A stretch of 64,000 nucleotides of DNA, from contig CBFHQV010000004.1 in the NCBI GenBank assembly GCA_965658055.1, forward strand, positions 609 to 64,608, given 5' to 3'. Within the stretch, counting starts at the first letter, position 1; every line of letters begins with the position of its first letter. The stretch is from Luminiphilus sp. (GTDB lineage Bacteria > Pseudomonadota > Gammaproteobacteria > Pseudomonadales > Halieaceae). Made by a program: the position numbers and the translations under genes. Below, one piece after another: positions 39,915 through 49,068 of this stretch. Under the pieces are notes generated by a model that saw nothing but the letters and a program-made list of their open reading frames with translations, had not been told where the DNA came from and searched no databases.

Positions 39915-40984
39915 GTGGTTTGTATTTGAGCCGCGGGCTCTACCCCCAAGAATACTTGCAGGCAACGGCGGCCTATATTTTAAAGGTGCAGCGCCCCTGG
40001 GGTGAGATACCGTGGTTCGAAGGAGGGCATACCGACCCTTGGGATCATGTAGAAGCCGCCATGGGTCTTTCGATTGCAGGGGAGCATGAGGCGGCTCACC
40101 TGGCATATCGCTGGCTTGCTGGAAACCAGCTGGGTGATGGCAGTTGGTGGCGGGGCTACCGAGACAACGAGCCCGATAACCCCGATCGGCGCGAGACGAA
40201 TTATGTCGCCTACATTGCAACGGGCGTTTGGCATCACTACCTCGTGACCCGAGATGAGCAGTTTCTTCGAGATATGTTCCCTGTGGTTCGCGACGCGGTG
40301 GAGTTTGTGATCCGTCTTCAGGGCGTGCATGGAGAAATTGATTGGGCGGTGGACGCTGACGGCGTTCCTTTAGGCGATGCGTTGGTCACAGGCTGTAGCT
40401 CTATTTTCAAAAGCCTTGAATGTGCCTGTCACATAGCGGCGGAACTTGGTGTGACCTTTGATCCGTGGTTAGACGCGCGGCGAAGGTTGAAGGCCGCGTT
40501 AACCAGCAAACCTCAGCGCTTTGATCGTACTTGGGCCAGCAAAGCGCGCTATGCCATGGATTGGTTCTACCCAATTATTACCGGCTGGGTCTCTGGTCAT
40601 GCCGCCAAAGAGAGGATTCAGGCACGGTGGCCCGAGTTTATTGAACCGGGTTTTGGTTGCCGATGTGAAACCCAGGAACCCTGGGTCACAGTGGCCGAGA
40701 CCTGTGAGCTGACCCTGGCGCTCCTTGCCGCCGGAGATCGGGCCAAGGCGGTGGAGGTGTTCTCCTGGTTGACCCAATGGCGGGACCGGGATGGTGCATG
40801 GTGGACGGGTTATCAGCTGGTTGAAGATGTGCTGTGGCCGAATGAAAAGCCAACCTGGACCGCGGGTGCCATTTTACTCGCCGCTGACGCGTTGACGGGC
40901 CATACGCGGGCATCTGAATTGTTTTTGCGCCCGGTTGAGCCAGGCCAGGTCAAATCAAAACAGGTCGCCGCTGCAAACCGTTAG
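39911..40984 (+). CDS. Prenyltransferase / squalene-cyclase-like alpha/alpha-toroid repeat protein (function unknown)
   Basis: The 357 aa product has repeated QW-like elements (GDGSWWRGY, RDGAWWTGY, and QRPWGEIPW early). Its ATGA start overlaps the methyltransferase stop. The fold assignment is inferred from motifs only. Confidence 0.5.
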   Translation: MSGLYLSRGLYPQEYLQATAAYILKVQRPWGEIPWFEGGHTDPWDHVEAAMGLSIAGEHEAAHLAYRWLAGNQLGDGSWWRGYRDNEPDNPDRRETNYVAYIATGVWHHYLVTRDEQFLRDMFPVVRDAVEFVIRLQGVHGEIDWAVDADGVPLGDALVTGCSSIFKSLECACHIAAELGVTFDPWLDARRRLKAALTSKPQRFDRTWASKARYAMDWFYPIITGWVSGHAAKERIQARWPEFIEPGFGCRCETQEPWVTVAETCELTLALLAAGDRAKAVEVFSWLTQWRDRDGAWWTGYQLVEDVLWPNEKPTWTAGAILLAADALTGHTRASELFLRPVEPGQVKSKQVAAANR

Positions 40985-40996
40985 CCGCCGGCACCC

Positions 40997-41611
40997 TTAG
41001 CTTGCCGGGAGGCGTCGCAAGGCCCACAGGGTGTCGGTACGAGTATGTTCTTCAAACAAACCCGAAGCGAGGGCGAGGCGCCAGATGGTGAAGGGCGCCT
41101 GTCCGCCTGTGGCGACATCGGGATAGATATCGTGGATGGCCAGAATGCCCCCGGGCGCCACCTTGGGACCGAAATGACGCCAGTCTGTTAGGGCTGCCTC
41201 GAGGCTGTGCCCACCATCAATGAATACCATGCCGAAGGAGCCCTGCCACCAGCGCGAAAAAGACCCGCTGTCTGTGACCACCGGAATGACGACATCTTCC
41301 ACCTGAGCAGTGGCTAGGTTGTGTCGAAAAATTGACAGCGTGTCGACCCGCCCGTGGCCATCGACTAACGCGTCATCATGAAAAAATTCTCCCGGCTGGT
41401 GTTCCTCAGACCCTCTGTGATGATCAAGCGCAACCACTACACTCCCCGTCGCTTTGGCCGCGTGTGCGAGCCATATGGTAGAGCGACCACACCAGCTGCC
41501 TATTTCCAGCAGAGGCCCCAGTGGTCCTGCCAAAAGGCCCAACTGGTGGAGTGCCTCCCCCTCGTGATCAGGAAGAAAGCCCACAACTTCAGGGGGGGGT
41601 GGTAGGGTCAT
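40997..41611 (-). CDS. Class I SAM-dependent methyltransferase (Methyltransf_24 / O-methyltransferase-like)
   Basis: LLEIGSWCGRST is a glycine-rich SAM loop, VVALDHH follows, and the acidic motif reads MVFIDGGHS. The ATG at 41611 gives about 204 aa. The track ORF extends to a TTG at 41743. Confidence 0.7.
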   Translation of the reverse strand: MTLPPPPEVVGFLPDHEGEALHQLGLLAGPLGPLLEIGSWCGRSTIWLAHAAKATGSVVVALDHHRGSEEHQPGEFFHDDALVDGHGRVDTLSIFRHNLATAQVEDVVIPVVTDSGSFSRWWQGSFGMVFIDGGHSLEAALTDWRHFGPKVAPGGILAIHDIYPDVATGGQAPFTIWRLALASGLFEEHTRTDTLWALRRLPAS

Positions 41612-42017
41612 GAAGGCGGCCTCTCCTCGTGCGCCGTGAAGGTATTTTCCCCAGCGACTATGTGAGGGCTCGTTTGTCAGCACCCTCATGCTCCTTGCAA
41701 AACCCGTAAGTAAAATATCGGTCGATCTCAGTGGGGCTGGCAAGCTTGGTTCGCTGATCCTATTATGTGGTCTTGACTTAGGGGTATCACTATAAACGCA
41801 GCACTGGAGTTTTGGTACACGCAGTCGAGAAGCCCTGGCGCTCCGCTTGAAGCGCCAGTCGCGATGTCCAACCCGCTGACATTGGTGGCGGTGAAGCGAC
41901 GCCTCATAGAGAGCGGCGGTTCACATTGAGCAGTGGGTCAGAGAATGCGGCGATTCTCCAAGTCGCTGTAAGGTTGATGGCGGCAGAGCAATTCCACCTT
42001 ATCTTTTCGGGACCTTT

Positions 42018-42920
42018 ATGAAACTTGATGGCATCCTGCCCTTAAAAGTCAGCGGCAGCTACGGTACAGAGGATCTCGCTCGGGCCGATATTTTGATGGC
42101 TTCACTGTCTGCTTTTGGCGATAAACAGCTGTTCGGAACGTTTCTAGTAGTTACTCCCAATGAGGAAGTAGAGCAGGTTAGAGCGCATCTCTCGACGTGG
42201 AAAACCCTGCCTATCCATGTCACGAGCGAATCCGTCCTGGCACCAGAGCTGCAAAATTACCCCCGGCTAAGAGGCTGGAGGAAGCAACAGATCCTGAAGT
42301 TGGCGGCCCCCAGAATGTTGGCAAACCCTTTTTTCATCACCTTTGATGCCGATGTGTTTTGTACCAGACCTGTTACTGTCAGCGACCTGTGCCCTGGTGA
42401 AAAAGCGCTTATCCAATACGAAAACCGAAGCTTGCATCCAAAGTGGTGGGCCTCGTCGGCCAGAATTCTTGGCGTGTCGCCCCAGGTGGGTGACACGGTG
42501 CGGGGTATGTCGATTACTCCGGCGATTCTCTCCAGAGAAATTTGCAAGTCCTTGACGTCGGAACTCACGCCTCGACGGGGCACCTGGATCGATCGCCTGT
42601 GTCGTTTGCACCGCCCCACACACCCCAGCAATTGGACGCTTGGCCGGCTGCTCCGCTCAAAATGGACCGAGTACTCTTTGTACTACCTACACGGCGCTTC
42701 GACGGGGATGATCGATGAATTCCACGTGGAGTGCGGCACCAGCCAATGTACACAGACCCTGCTGGGTCACGAAGCCCATCCATTTGAGCACTGGCAGCCA
42801 GCGTTCACGTTTGGTCGTGACAATCCGGCCCTGTTTTGCTTGGTTGGCAGTAAAACGGGACTTCCTGCCAGCGCTGTTTGGGATAAAGTGCAGCAGTTTT
42901 TACCCTCGGGTTTGGAGTAG
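42018..42920 (+). CDS. Hypothetical protein in the LPS locus, possibly a GT-A-like nucleotide-sugar transferase (DUF6492-like from memory)
   Basis: The 300 aa product has no TM helix or signal peptide. It contains GWRKQQILKLAAP and a DxD-like FDADVF. No family could be confirmed without a search. Confidence 0.45.
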   Translation: MKLDGILPLKVSGSYGTEDLARADILMASLSAFGDKQLFGTFLVVTPNEEVEQVRAHLSTWKTLPIHVTSESVLAPELQNYPRLRGWRKQQILKLAAPRMLANPFFITFDADVFCTRPVTVSDLCPGEKALIQYENRSLHPKWWASSARILGVSPQVGDTVRGMSITPAILSREICKSLTSELTPRRGTWIDRLCRLHRPTHPSNWTLGRLLRSKWTEYSLYYLHGASTGMIDEFHVECGTSQCTQTLLGHEAHPFEHWQPAFTFGRDNPALFCLVGSKTGLPASAVWDKVQQFLPSGLE

Positions 42921-42927
42921 CGAGGTC

Positions 42928-43710
42928 ATGCGGCGAAAGCTTTCCTGTTTTGTCATCGTCTGTAACGAAGCCGATCGCATCGACGCTTGTTTAAAATCTC
43001 TAGCCTCCTGGGTCGACCAGCTGGTTATTCTCGATAGCGGCAGCACCGATGGCACCCTTGAGATATGCCAGAGTTATTCCAGCGAGGTTTTTTCTACGGA
43101 CTGGCCTGGGTTTGGTGCCCAGCGTAATCGAGCACTTGAAAAATGCCGGCATGACTGGGTGCTTAACATCGATGCTGATGAAGAAGTCAGCCCTGCGCTC
43201 AGACAAGAAATAGAGGCCTTTTTGGCCGGTCCACCCAGTGACGTCACGCTCGTAAAATTTCCTTGGCGAACTCTGCTGTTCGGTAAGCCGCTACGATTTG
43301 GCCGTTACTCGACGCCTCAAGGGAAGCTATTTCTGAAAACAGGGGCCAGCTTTAAGCAGCGGTCGGTACATGAAACCCTCGTGCTGCCAAAAGAAAAGAG
43401 TATGACCGCCCGTCAGCCGCTCACCCACCACAGCTGGCGAAGTTATCGCCATTTAATCGACAAGCACACGAGCTATGCCGTGTTAAGTGCGCAGGACAAG
43501 TTTAAGGCTGGGAAGAAAGCGTCTTTACCCTATGCGTACCTCCGGTTGCTCACGGATTTTATCCATCAGGCTATTTTTCGCCTGGGCATCTTCGACGGTT
43601 GGCGCGGACTGCTTATGGCTGGGGTGCTCGCCCAGTACGCGTTTCACAAATATGCGTGTCTGTGGTCGATGCGCCAGACGGACGAAGGAAAGAGCGCCAG
43701 CCTCGATTAG
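42928..43710 (+). CDS. Glycosyltransferase family 2 (WaaE/KdtX-like LPS core glycosyltransferase)
   Basis: The ATG at 42928 gives LSCFVIVCNEADRIDACLKS...ILDSGSTDGT...NIDADE (DxD). The upstream part of the track ORF lies in another gene's tail region. Confidence 0.85.
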   Translation: MRRKLSCFVIVCNEADRIDACLKSLASWVDQLVILDSGSTDGTLEICQSYSSEVFSTDWPGFGAQRNRALEKCRHDWVLNIDADEEVSPALRQEIEAFLAGPPSDVTLVKFPWRTLLFGKPLRFGRYSTPQGKLFLKTGASFKQRSVHETLVLPKEKSMTARQPLTHHSWRSYRHLIDKHTSYAVLSAQDKFKAGKKASLPYAYLRLLTDFIHQAIFRLGIFDGWRGLLMAGVLAQYAFHKYACLWSMRQTDEGKSASLD

Positions 43711-43773
43711 CGGAATTGTTTGAGCCGTTAGTGGCGCCACTGGTACCCTTGCTTTTTTGTTTTAGTGAAATCA

Positions 43774-44535
43774 ATGAGCAGAACCGCAATCAGCGCTTTT
43801 TTGGTGACCCTTAACGAAGCGGAGCATATCTCCGCCGTGATCGATAGCCTTAGCTGTTTCGAGGAAGTCGTAGTCGTTGATTCGGGCTCTACTGACGGCA
43901 CAGCAGAGATTGCCCGGAGAATGGGCGCTACCGTTTATCAGCGAGACTGGCTTGGCTATTCCAAGCAAAAGGCGCTAGCGGCCGGTTTGTGCAAACACGA
44001 CTGGCTCTTTAACGTTGACGGTGACGAGGTGGTGCCCCCTGCGTTAGCTGAGGAGCTCGTTAAATTGGCGGCACGGGAAGATATTTCAGCAATCAAGATA
44101 CCCATCAACGATTTCATCTTGGGTGAGCCTCTTCATCGATTATCGAGAAAAAGAAAAATCATTCGTATGTTTAAGCGAGGCTTTGCCCGTTATCCAGAGG
44201 ATCGCACCGTGCATGAAAACCTAGAGGTTGACGGCGCGGTTGTCACCGCACACGGCGAAATACATCATTTTGGTTACAGCGCACCGGACGTATTTTTTGC
44301 GAAACAGCTGAAATATGCCGTGCTGCGTGCTCAGGATAAGTATCGATGCGGCAAACGAGGGAGCATTGCGAAGTTATCGTTCATTTTCCCGTTCACCTTC
44401 ATCAAGGTTTTTCTAATCCGAGGCCTTGTTTTTTCCGGTTATCGGGGGCTGGTCGTGGCCATGGCCGAATCTGTCTACGCCTTTTCGAAGGAACTTCAGT
44501 TACTAAGCTTGCGGGTGAGTAAAACCCATGAATGA
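43774..44535 (+). CDS. Glycosyltransferase family 2, tandem paralogue of the preceding gene
   Basis: ISAFLVTLNEAEHISAVIDS...VVDSGSTDGT...NVDGDE is collinear with 42928-43710. The C-terminal YAVLRAQDKYRCGKRGS matches YAVLSAQDKFKAGKKAS in that gene. Confidence 0.85.
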   Translation: MSRTAISAFLVTLNEAEHISAVIDSLSCFEEVVVVDSGSTDGTAEIARRMGATVYQRDWLGYSKQKALAAGLCKHDWLFNVDGDEVVPPALAEELVKLAAREDISAIKIPINDFILGEPLHRLSRKRKIIRMFKRGFARYPEDRTVHENLEVDGAVVTAHGEIHHFGYSAPDVFFAKQLKYAVLRAQDKYRCGKRGSIAKLSFIFPFTFIKVFLIRGLVFSGYRGLVVAMAESVYAFSKELQLLSLRVSKTHE

Positions 44536-45835
44536 CGGGCTGTTCGCCCCTAACGGGTTACACCGCGCCTGTTACTGGCTTGCGTTGTTATTGCCTGGAT
44601 CGTTGCTTGTTTCATTGTCGATAGCCGAACTGCTCTCCGTGATCACTGTTGTTGTCATGGTTGGTGCGCTATTCAAAGGTGATATGAATCTCCCACGCCA
44701 AAGTTTTGGTATTAGCATCAAGTGGCCCTTTTTCTTGGCGATGGTTTTTTCGGCGCTGTGTGTTTTGCCGCTTGTTACCGAGCAATATTTGACAACCGAT
44801 TTCATTGATGAAGTTAGAAGTTTGCGTTGGATGCTGTTTTGGCTGTGTTTGGTATTTGTATTTCAACGTGCTGGCGATGCAGCTATCAGGTCAGGGCTCG
44901 CATTGATGGCCGGTTTACTTTGTCTGATATCACTCTACGGGGCGCTACAGTTCTGGTGCGGCATCGATTTTTCAGGGCGGGAAACCGGTTTACATATGAG
45001 TGGAGAGCGTTACCGTGCACAGGGAACTTATAGTTTGCCCCAGTCCTATGCCGGGGTCGTAGGCATGTTCGCTTTTTTGCTGTTCCCGCTTTCAGTCGGC
45101 CGTCTTACCGGCTGTAGGGAGCCGGGTCAGCATGCAACATGGTTGCTTCCGGTAGCGACGTTAGCGGGGATTGTTGCCGTGCTTTACAGTGGAACAAGAG
45201 GAGCGTATCTGGGCCTTTTCTGGAGCGTTCTGCTGGGGCTTATGATGATGGAGAGGGCGGGTGATCTAGGTCGACGAGCGGCGATAGGCGTAGTCGTGCT
45301 CACCCTCGGCTTGGCTGCAATGACTTTATTGCCGACAGGCAGTGGATTTATTGACAAAATTGCTTTTGCTGGCGAGGAGCCCGATCAATCTCTGAGTGTT
45401 CGCTTGCCGCTTTGGCAGGCTTATCTGGCTATGATTACCGATAGTCCCTGGTTCGGCTATGGAGCTGGGGTGAGCTCTTCGCACCTACCCGCTTACTACG
45501 ACGTAATTGGCGCGAACGATGCTGACTTTATTAGCCACGCTCACAGTAATTATTTACAGGCCTGGGTAGATGGGGGTGCAGCGGCGTTTGCCGCCTACAA
45601 CGGCTTGATCATCACTATGCTGATCATCACCTTTCGGGGCGTTAAGGCCACCGCACACTCAGAGCAACGATTGCTCTTCATCGGTTTGTTTATCGCACAG
45701 ATATACTTTCATCTGTTTGGTCTCACAGAAAGTAACTTTCTGGATATCAAGGTAAATCATGCGCTTATCGTTATATGGAGCCTGGCGTTGGCAGGACCTA
45801 CATTGGCCAGTCCCGCTGCTCAATCACGATTATAG
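44528..45835 (+). CDS. O-antigen ligase family protein (WaaL/Wzy_C domain)
   Basis: The 435 aa product has about 10-12 TM helices and Wzy_C-type motifs SGTRGAYLGL and SHAHSNYLQAWVDGG. Its start overlaps the preceding GT2 stop by 8 nt. Confidence 0.85.
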   Translation: MNDGLFAPNGLHRACYWLALLLPGSLLVSLSIAELLSVITVVVMVGALFKGDMNLPRQSFGISIKWPFFLAMVFSALCVLPLVTEQYLTTDFIDEVRSLRWMLFWLCLVFVFQRAGDAAIRSGLALMAGLLCLISLYGALQFWCGIDFSGRETGLHMSGERYRAQGTYSLPQSYAGVVGMFAFLLFPLSVGRLTGCREPGQHATWLLPVATLAGIVAVLYSGTRGAYLGLFWSVLLGLMMMERAGDLGRRAAIGVVVLTLGLAAMTLLPTGSGFIDKIAFAGEEPDQSLSVRLPLWQAYLAMITDSPWFGYGAGVSSSHLPAYYDVIGANDADFISHAHSNYLQAWVDGGAAAFAAYNGLIITMLIITFRGVKATAHSEQRLLFIGLFIAQIYFHLFGLTESNFLDIKVNHALIVIWSLALAGPTLASPAAQSRL

Positions 45836-46875
45836 GCTATTAGCAACGCGTCGAGCCTTTCGAGCACCATCTTTACTGAAATGGCGCGCATCAGCTCGCT
45901 GCCTTTGAGCCGCAATCCCCATCGGCGCTCTGCTGAGGGTATCCCTAATGCGTCTAAACTGGTTGTGTAGACGTCAACGACGTTGTTCAGAGAAAGATAA
46001 GGCCCTGTACGCTGTGGATTGCTATGTGCGTATAGTCCGATGACCGGCGTGCCTTGTGTAGTGGCCATGTGAAGCGTGCCCGAATCCGGGCCTATCACGA
46101 CTTGGGCACGTCCGCAGATGGCGAGCAACTCTTGTAGCGTGGTATGTCCGGCAACATTAACCACGCGGACTTTTGCCAGGTCACAGATAGCCTTGGCCAT
46201 GCCGATATCACTATCGGCGGGGCTACCGGTAACCAACACGTCAAATCCTCTATCACCACAAAAATCAGCGACCTGTGCGTATCGCTCTGGGAGCCAGTTT
46301 CGCTCAGGGTTACTCGCAGAGGGAGCAATCACTACGGCGCCTTTGTTCTGGGGGATGAGGCTAACTGCTCTCTGCACCGCCGCATCGGAAACCGGAATAT
46401 TCCAGCGTGCTTCAAACGGCTGAACATTCAGCGCATCGGCAAAGCCCCTGAAGACATCGAGAACATGAAAATCGACCTGATCTTCAATGCGCTCGTTGAC
46501 CACGACACTGTGCAGCTCTTTGCTTTTTGTCTTTGGAAAACCGATCTTTCTTTTTGCGTTGACAATCCACGCCAGAGCATTGGCCCTGAGCGAGGTTTGC
46601 ATATGCAGCAGTAGATCGAACTGCCCCAGTGGGACGAGGGTTTTTCGGACGTCCCGGTACGCCCTGATCCCGAGGCTCTTATTGAAAACGACAAACTGTA
46701 TGCCCGGCAGACCTTTGAGTAATTCGTATTCCACGCGGCCGATGATCCAGGTGATACTCGCCGCGGGGTAGGCGGCCTGAATAGCCTGCACAATGGCTGT
46801 CACGTGGCAGACATCACCAATAGCTGAAAGGCGAATGATGCAAATCGATTTTGGTGTGCATGTGGTATCTTTCAT
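45820..46875 (-). CDS. Glycosyltransferase family 9 (LPS heptosyltransferase-like)
   Basis: The ATG at 46875 gives ...ICIIRLSAIGDVCHV, the GT9 N-terminal motif. The C-terminal block reads GPDSGTLHMATTQGTPVIGLY. The track ORF extends to 46962. Confidence 0.85.
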   Translation of the reverse strand: MKDTTCTPKSICIIRLSAIGDVCHVTAIVQAIQAAYPAASITWIIGRVEYELLKGLPGIQFVVFNKSLGIRAYRDVRKTLVPLGQFDLLLHMQTSLRANALAWIVNAKRKIGFPKTKSKELHSVVVNERIEDQVDFHVLDVFRGFADALNVQPFEARWNIPVSDAAVQRAVSLIPQNKGAVVIAPSASNPERNWLPERYAQVADFCGDRGFDVLVTGSPADSDIGMAKAICDLAKVRVVNVAGHTTLQELLAICGRAQVVIGPDSGTLHMATTQGTPVIGLYAHSNPQRTGPYLSLNNVVDVYTTSLDALGIPSAERRWGLRLKGSELMRAISVKMVLERLDALLIAYNRD

Positions 46876-46929
46876 TGACGATCCCGACACAGTGCCTCTA
46901 AAAACCAAAGTCATTTCAGAGCGGTCGCC

Positions 46930-47661
46930 ATGAAACCCACTATCGAGCGTGCAATACAACACCAGCGCGACCAGTGCATAGTGTACGACAGTTGTCTTGT
47001 GCAGGATGCCAAGGCGGCTCTATTTGATCCCCTGTTCTGGGGCGACAAAGCCTCTCACCATCGTGAGGGTCGCGGTGCGGTGTGGTTTTTGTCTGCTCCC
47101 GAGGGTCAATGGGTGTTGAAGCGGTATGTGCGTGGGGGCATGATGCAACACCTTCTCACCGACGCTTATTTATTTACCGGCTTTACGCGCACACGCATGG
47201 TTCGGGAATTTAATCTGCTTTGTCAGATGCGCACCTTGGGACTGCCTGTGCCGACTCCGGTGGCTGCTTATGCAGTGAAAGTAGGGCCGTTGTTTTACCG
47301 GGGCAGTTTGATCACTGAGCGCATTACCGAAAGTGCCTCCCTGGCGTCCTTGGTTATCGAGGGCGCCATGTCAGAGGAGTGCTGGCTGTCGGTGGGGAGC
47401 ACGATTGCTCAATTTCATCGGGCTGGAGTTTTTCATCACGACTTGAACGTAACCAATGTGCTCAATAGACAAGACCAGTGGTTTCTCATCGATTTCGATA
47501 AGTGTCGATTTATGTCGACTACATCGGCGGGCACATGGCAGCGTGCCAACCTTCAACGCTTTCAGCGATCACTGTGCAAAATAAGCCCAGAAAGTGCAAA
47601 CCCTGAGAGCCCCGCGTGGAAATCGCTCATGCGGGGTTACGAAACTGAATTCGACCGTTAA
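46930..47661 (+). CDS. kdkA: 3-deoxy-D-manno-octulosonic acid (Kdo) kinase
   Basis: The 243 aa product has RGAVWF, VLKRYVRGG and the kinase catalytic loop FHHDLNVTNVL plus IDFDK, which is the KdkA pattern. It lies next to waaA. Confidence 0.85.
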   Translation: MKPTIERAIQHQRDQCIVYDSCLVQDAKAALFDPLFWGDKASHHREGRGAVWFLSAPEGQWVLKRYVRGGMMQHLLTDAYLFTGFTRTRMVREFNLLCQMRTLGLPVPTPVAAYAVKVGPLFYRGSLITERITESASLASLVIEGAMSEECWLSVGSTIAQFHRAGVFHHDLNVTNVLNRQDQWFLIDFDKCRFMSTTSAGTWQRANLQRFQRSLCKISPESANPESPAWKSLMRGYETEFDR

Positions 47662-47723
47662 AAGTTAGCTGCAGGATTGAGTCCATCGCAGGTCCAAGTT
47701 AACCGTGGAGAGCTACGTGCTGG

Positions 47724-48974
47724 CTAGTCGACCAGCTTGCTAATGTGATCGCGATAAAGCTGAATTCTGTCCGGAAGTTTATCGACGGCGCGTTTGGCAG
47801 AGGCTTCCAGCTGGTGGCGCCATTCGTTGTCGGTTGATAGCTTTTGCCACAGCGAGGCCAGCTCGTCCTCCCGGGCGGCGATGACGATGGCGCTGTTCTC
47901 CGATAAATAACCTACCGCGGTCTCCTGCGTGTGAGTATGAGGTCCGGTGATGACTGCCTTGCCGAGCATCGCCGGCTCCATCACGTTATGGCCGCCTACG
48001 GGGACAAGCGAGCCACCGACAAAAACGAACTCGCTTTGTGCACAAAAGCCTGCCACCTCGCCGATAGTGTCGACTATGTAAATGTCGATCGCATTGGGGG
48101 GGGTGGGTGACTCACTTCGCCGGTGACAAATGAACCCTTTCTCCGTTAATTCCTTGGCGATACTTGCCGCTCTTGGGGGGTGCCTTGGAATAATGACGAG
48201 CAGGTTGGCTTTGCCTGCGGCCATCCAGGCGCGAGCAATTTTTTGCTCTTCGTCATGGTGGGTTGAGATGGCCAGTGAATAGGGCGTCGATAGCAGTGGA
48301 CTGGTCGGCAGCTCTGCATTCGCCGGGCGCGATAGCTTGATGTCACCGACAGTACTGATGCGCTCCTCCGAGCAACCGAGGGCGATAAATCGTTGCTGAT
48401 CAATCGGCTCTCTGGCCCACACATAAGTAACCTGAGCCAGTGCCTGTCGATAGAGCTGCCTGATAAGGCGCGGTGATGCCGCCGTCTTGTGACCGACCCG
48501 ACCGTTGATAATGTAGATTCCGATGCTGCGTCGGTGAGCGGCGGCGAATAGCCTAGGCCATAGCTCGGTCTCAATGACGAAAAGGGCACGCGGTTGATAG
48601 TGTGATAGCAGCCGGTTTACCGCCCAGCCAAAATCAAGTGGACAAAAATGGACTTGGACGTCGGCGCTAAGCTGCTTTTTTGCCAGACGAAATGCCTCGG
48701 GGGTATTGCAGGTGAGCAACACACCTTTGCTGCTAAAGGCGGTCATAAGAGGCAGTGCCAGTTGGACTTCGCCAATCGACGCAGCATGAAACCACAGCCT
48801 GGTGTTGGCCGGGCTTCTCCTAAAACAACCAAAGCGTTCTCTAATATAAGCGAAACCACCCCCCCTTCGTTTGGCGTCAATCAGCGTTAACAGAAGAAGG
48901 AGTGGTGATAGCAGGTGCAACAGCAGGTCGTAGAGTAACAACCCGCCTCGTCTATTTGGTTGGGTATTTGACAA
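47724..48974 (-). CDS. waaA: 3-deoxy-D-manno-octulosonic acid transferase
   Basis: The N-terminal anchor reads LLLYDLLLHLLSPLLLL, followed by WFHAASIGEV and GGSLVPVGGHNVMEPA, which are canonical KdtA blocks. The start is uncertain. A TTG at 48974 avoids overlap with tolC, whereas the track ATG at 49145 would overlap tolC by 77 nt. Confidence 0.88.
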   Translation of the reverse strand: MSNTQPNRRGGLLLYDLLLHLLSPLLLLLTLIDAKRRGGGFAYIRERFGCFRRSPANTRLWFHAASIGEVQLALPLMTAFSSKGVLLTCNTPEAFRLAKKQLSADVQVHFCPLDFGWAVNRLLSHYQPRALFVIETELWPRLFAAAHRRSIGIYIINGRVGHKTAASPRLIRQLYRQALAQVTYVWAREPIDQQRFIALGCSEERISTVGDIKLSRPANAELPTSPLLSTPYSLAISTHHDEEQKIARAWMAAGKANLLVIIPRHPPRAASIAKELTEKGFICHRRSESPTPPNAIDIYIVDTIGEVAGFCAQSEFVFVGGSLVPVGGHNVMEPAMLGKAVITGPHTHTQETAVGYLSENSAIVIAAREDELASLWQKLSTDNEWRHQLEASAKRAVDKLPDRIQLYRDHISKLVD

Positions 48975-49068
48975 GGGCCTTACCCAAATGTGCCGCCGTG
49001 GGGCGGCCGCGGCAGAAATATCGACAGGCTCAGCAAACGCTTGGGCGCGATGACCGCGGCAGACATGT

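Noticed and set aside
41592-41599. A G8/C8 homopolymer sits immediately after the probable ATG of the LPS-locus methyltransferase and encodes MTLPPPPE. It looked like a slipped-strand phase-variation switch.
   Set aside because: Comparable tracts occur inside genes that cannot be phase-variable. waaA has a G8 tract at 48105-48112 and a C7 tract at 48859-48865, and polA has a C7 tract near 15718. Such runs therefore seem to be ordinary Pro/Gly codon strings in this GC-rich genome. Population sequencing of tract length would be needed to revive the idea.
41835-41858. A hairpin (ctggcgct, an 8 nt loop, then agcgccag) lies in the spacer between the divergent methyltransferase and the unknown LPS-locus gene.
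   Set aside because: It has no T-run on either side and matches no riboswitch or sRNA that I recognise. It sits between divergent starts, where a terminator makes no sense. It is mentioned only as context in the finding on 42018-42920.
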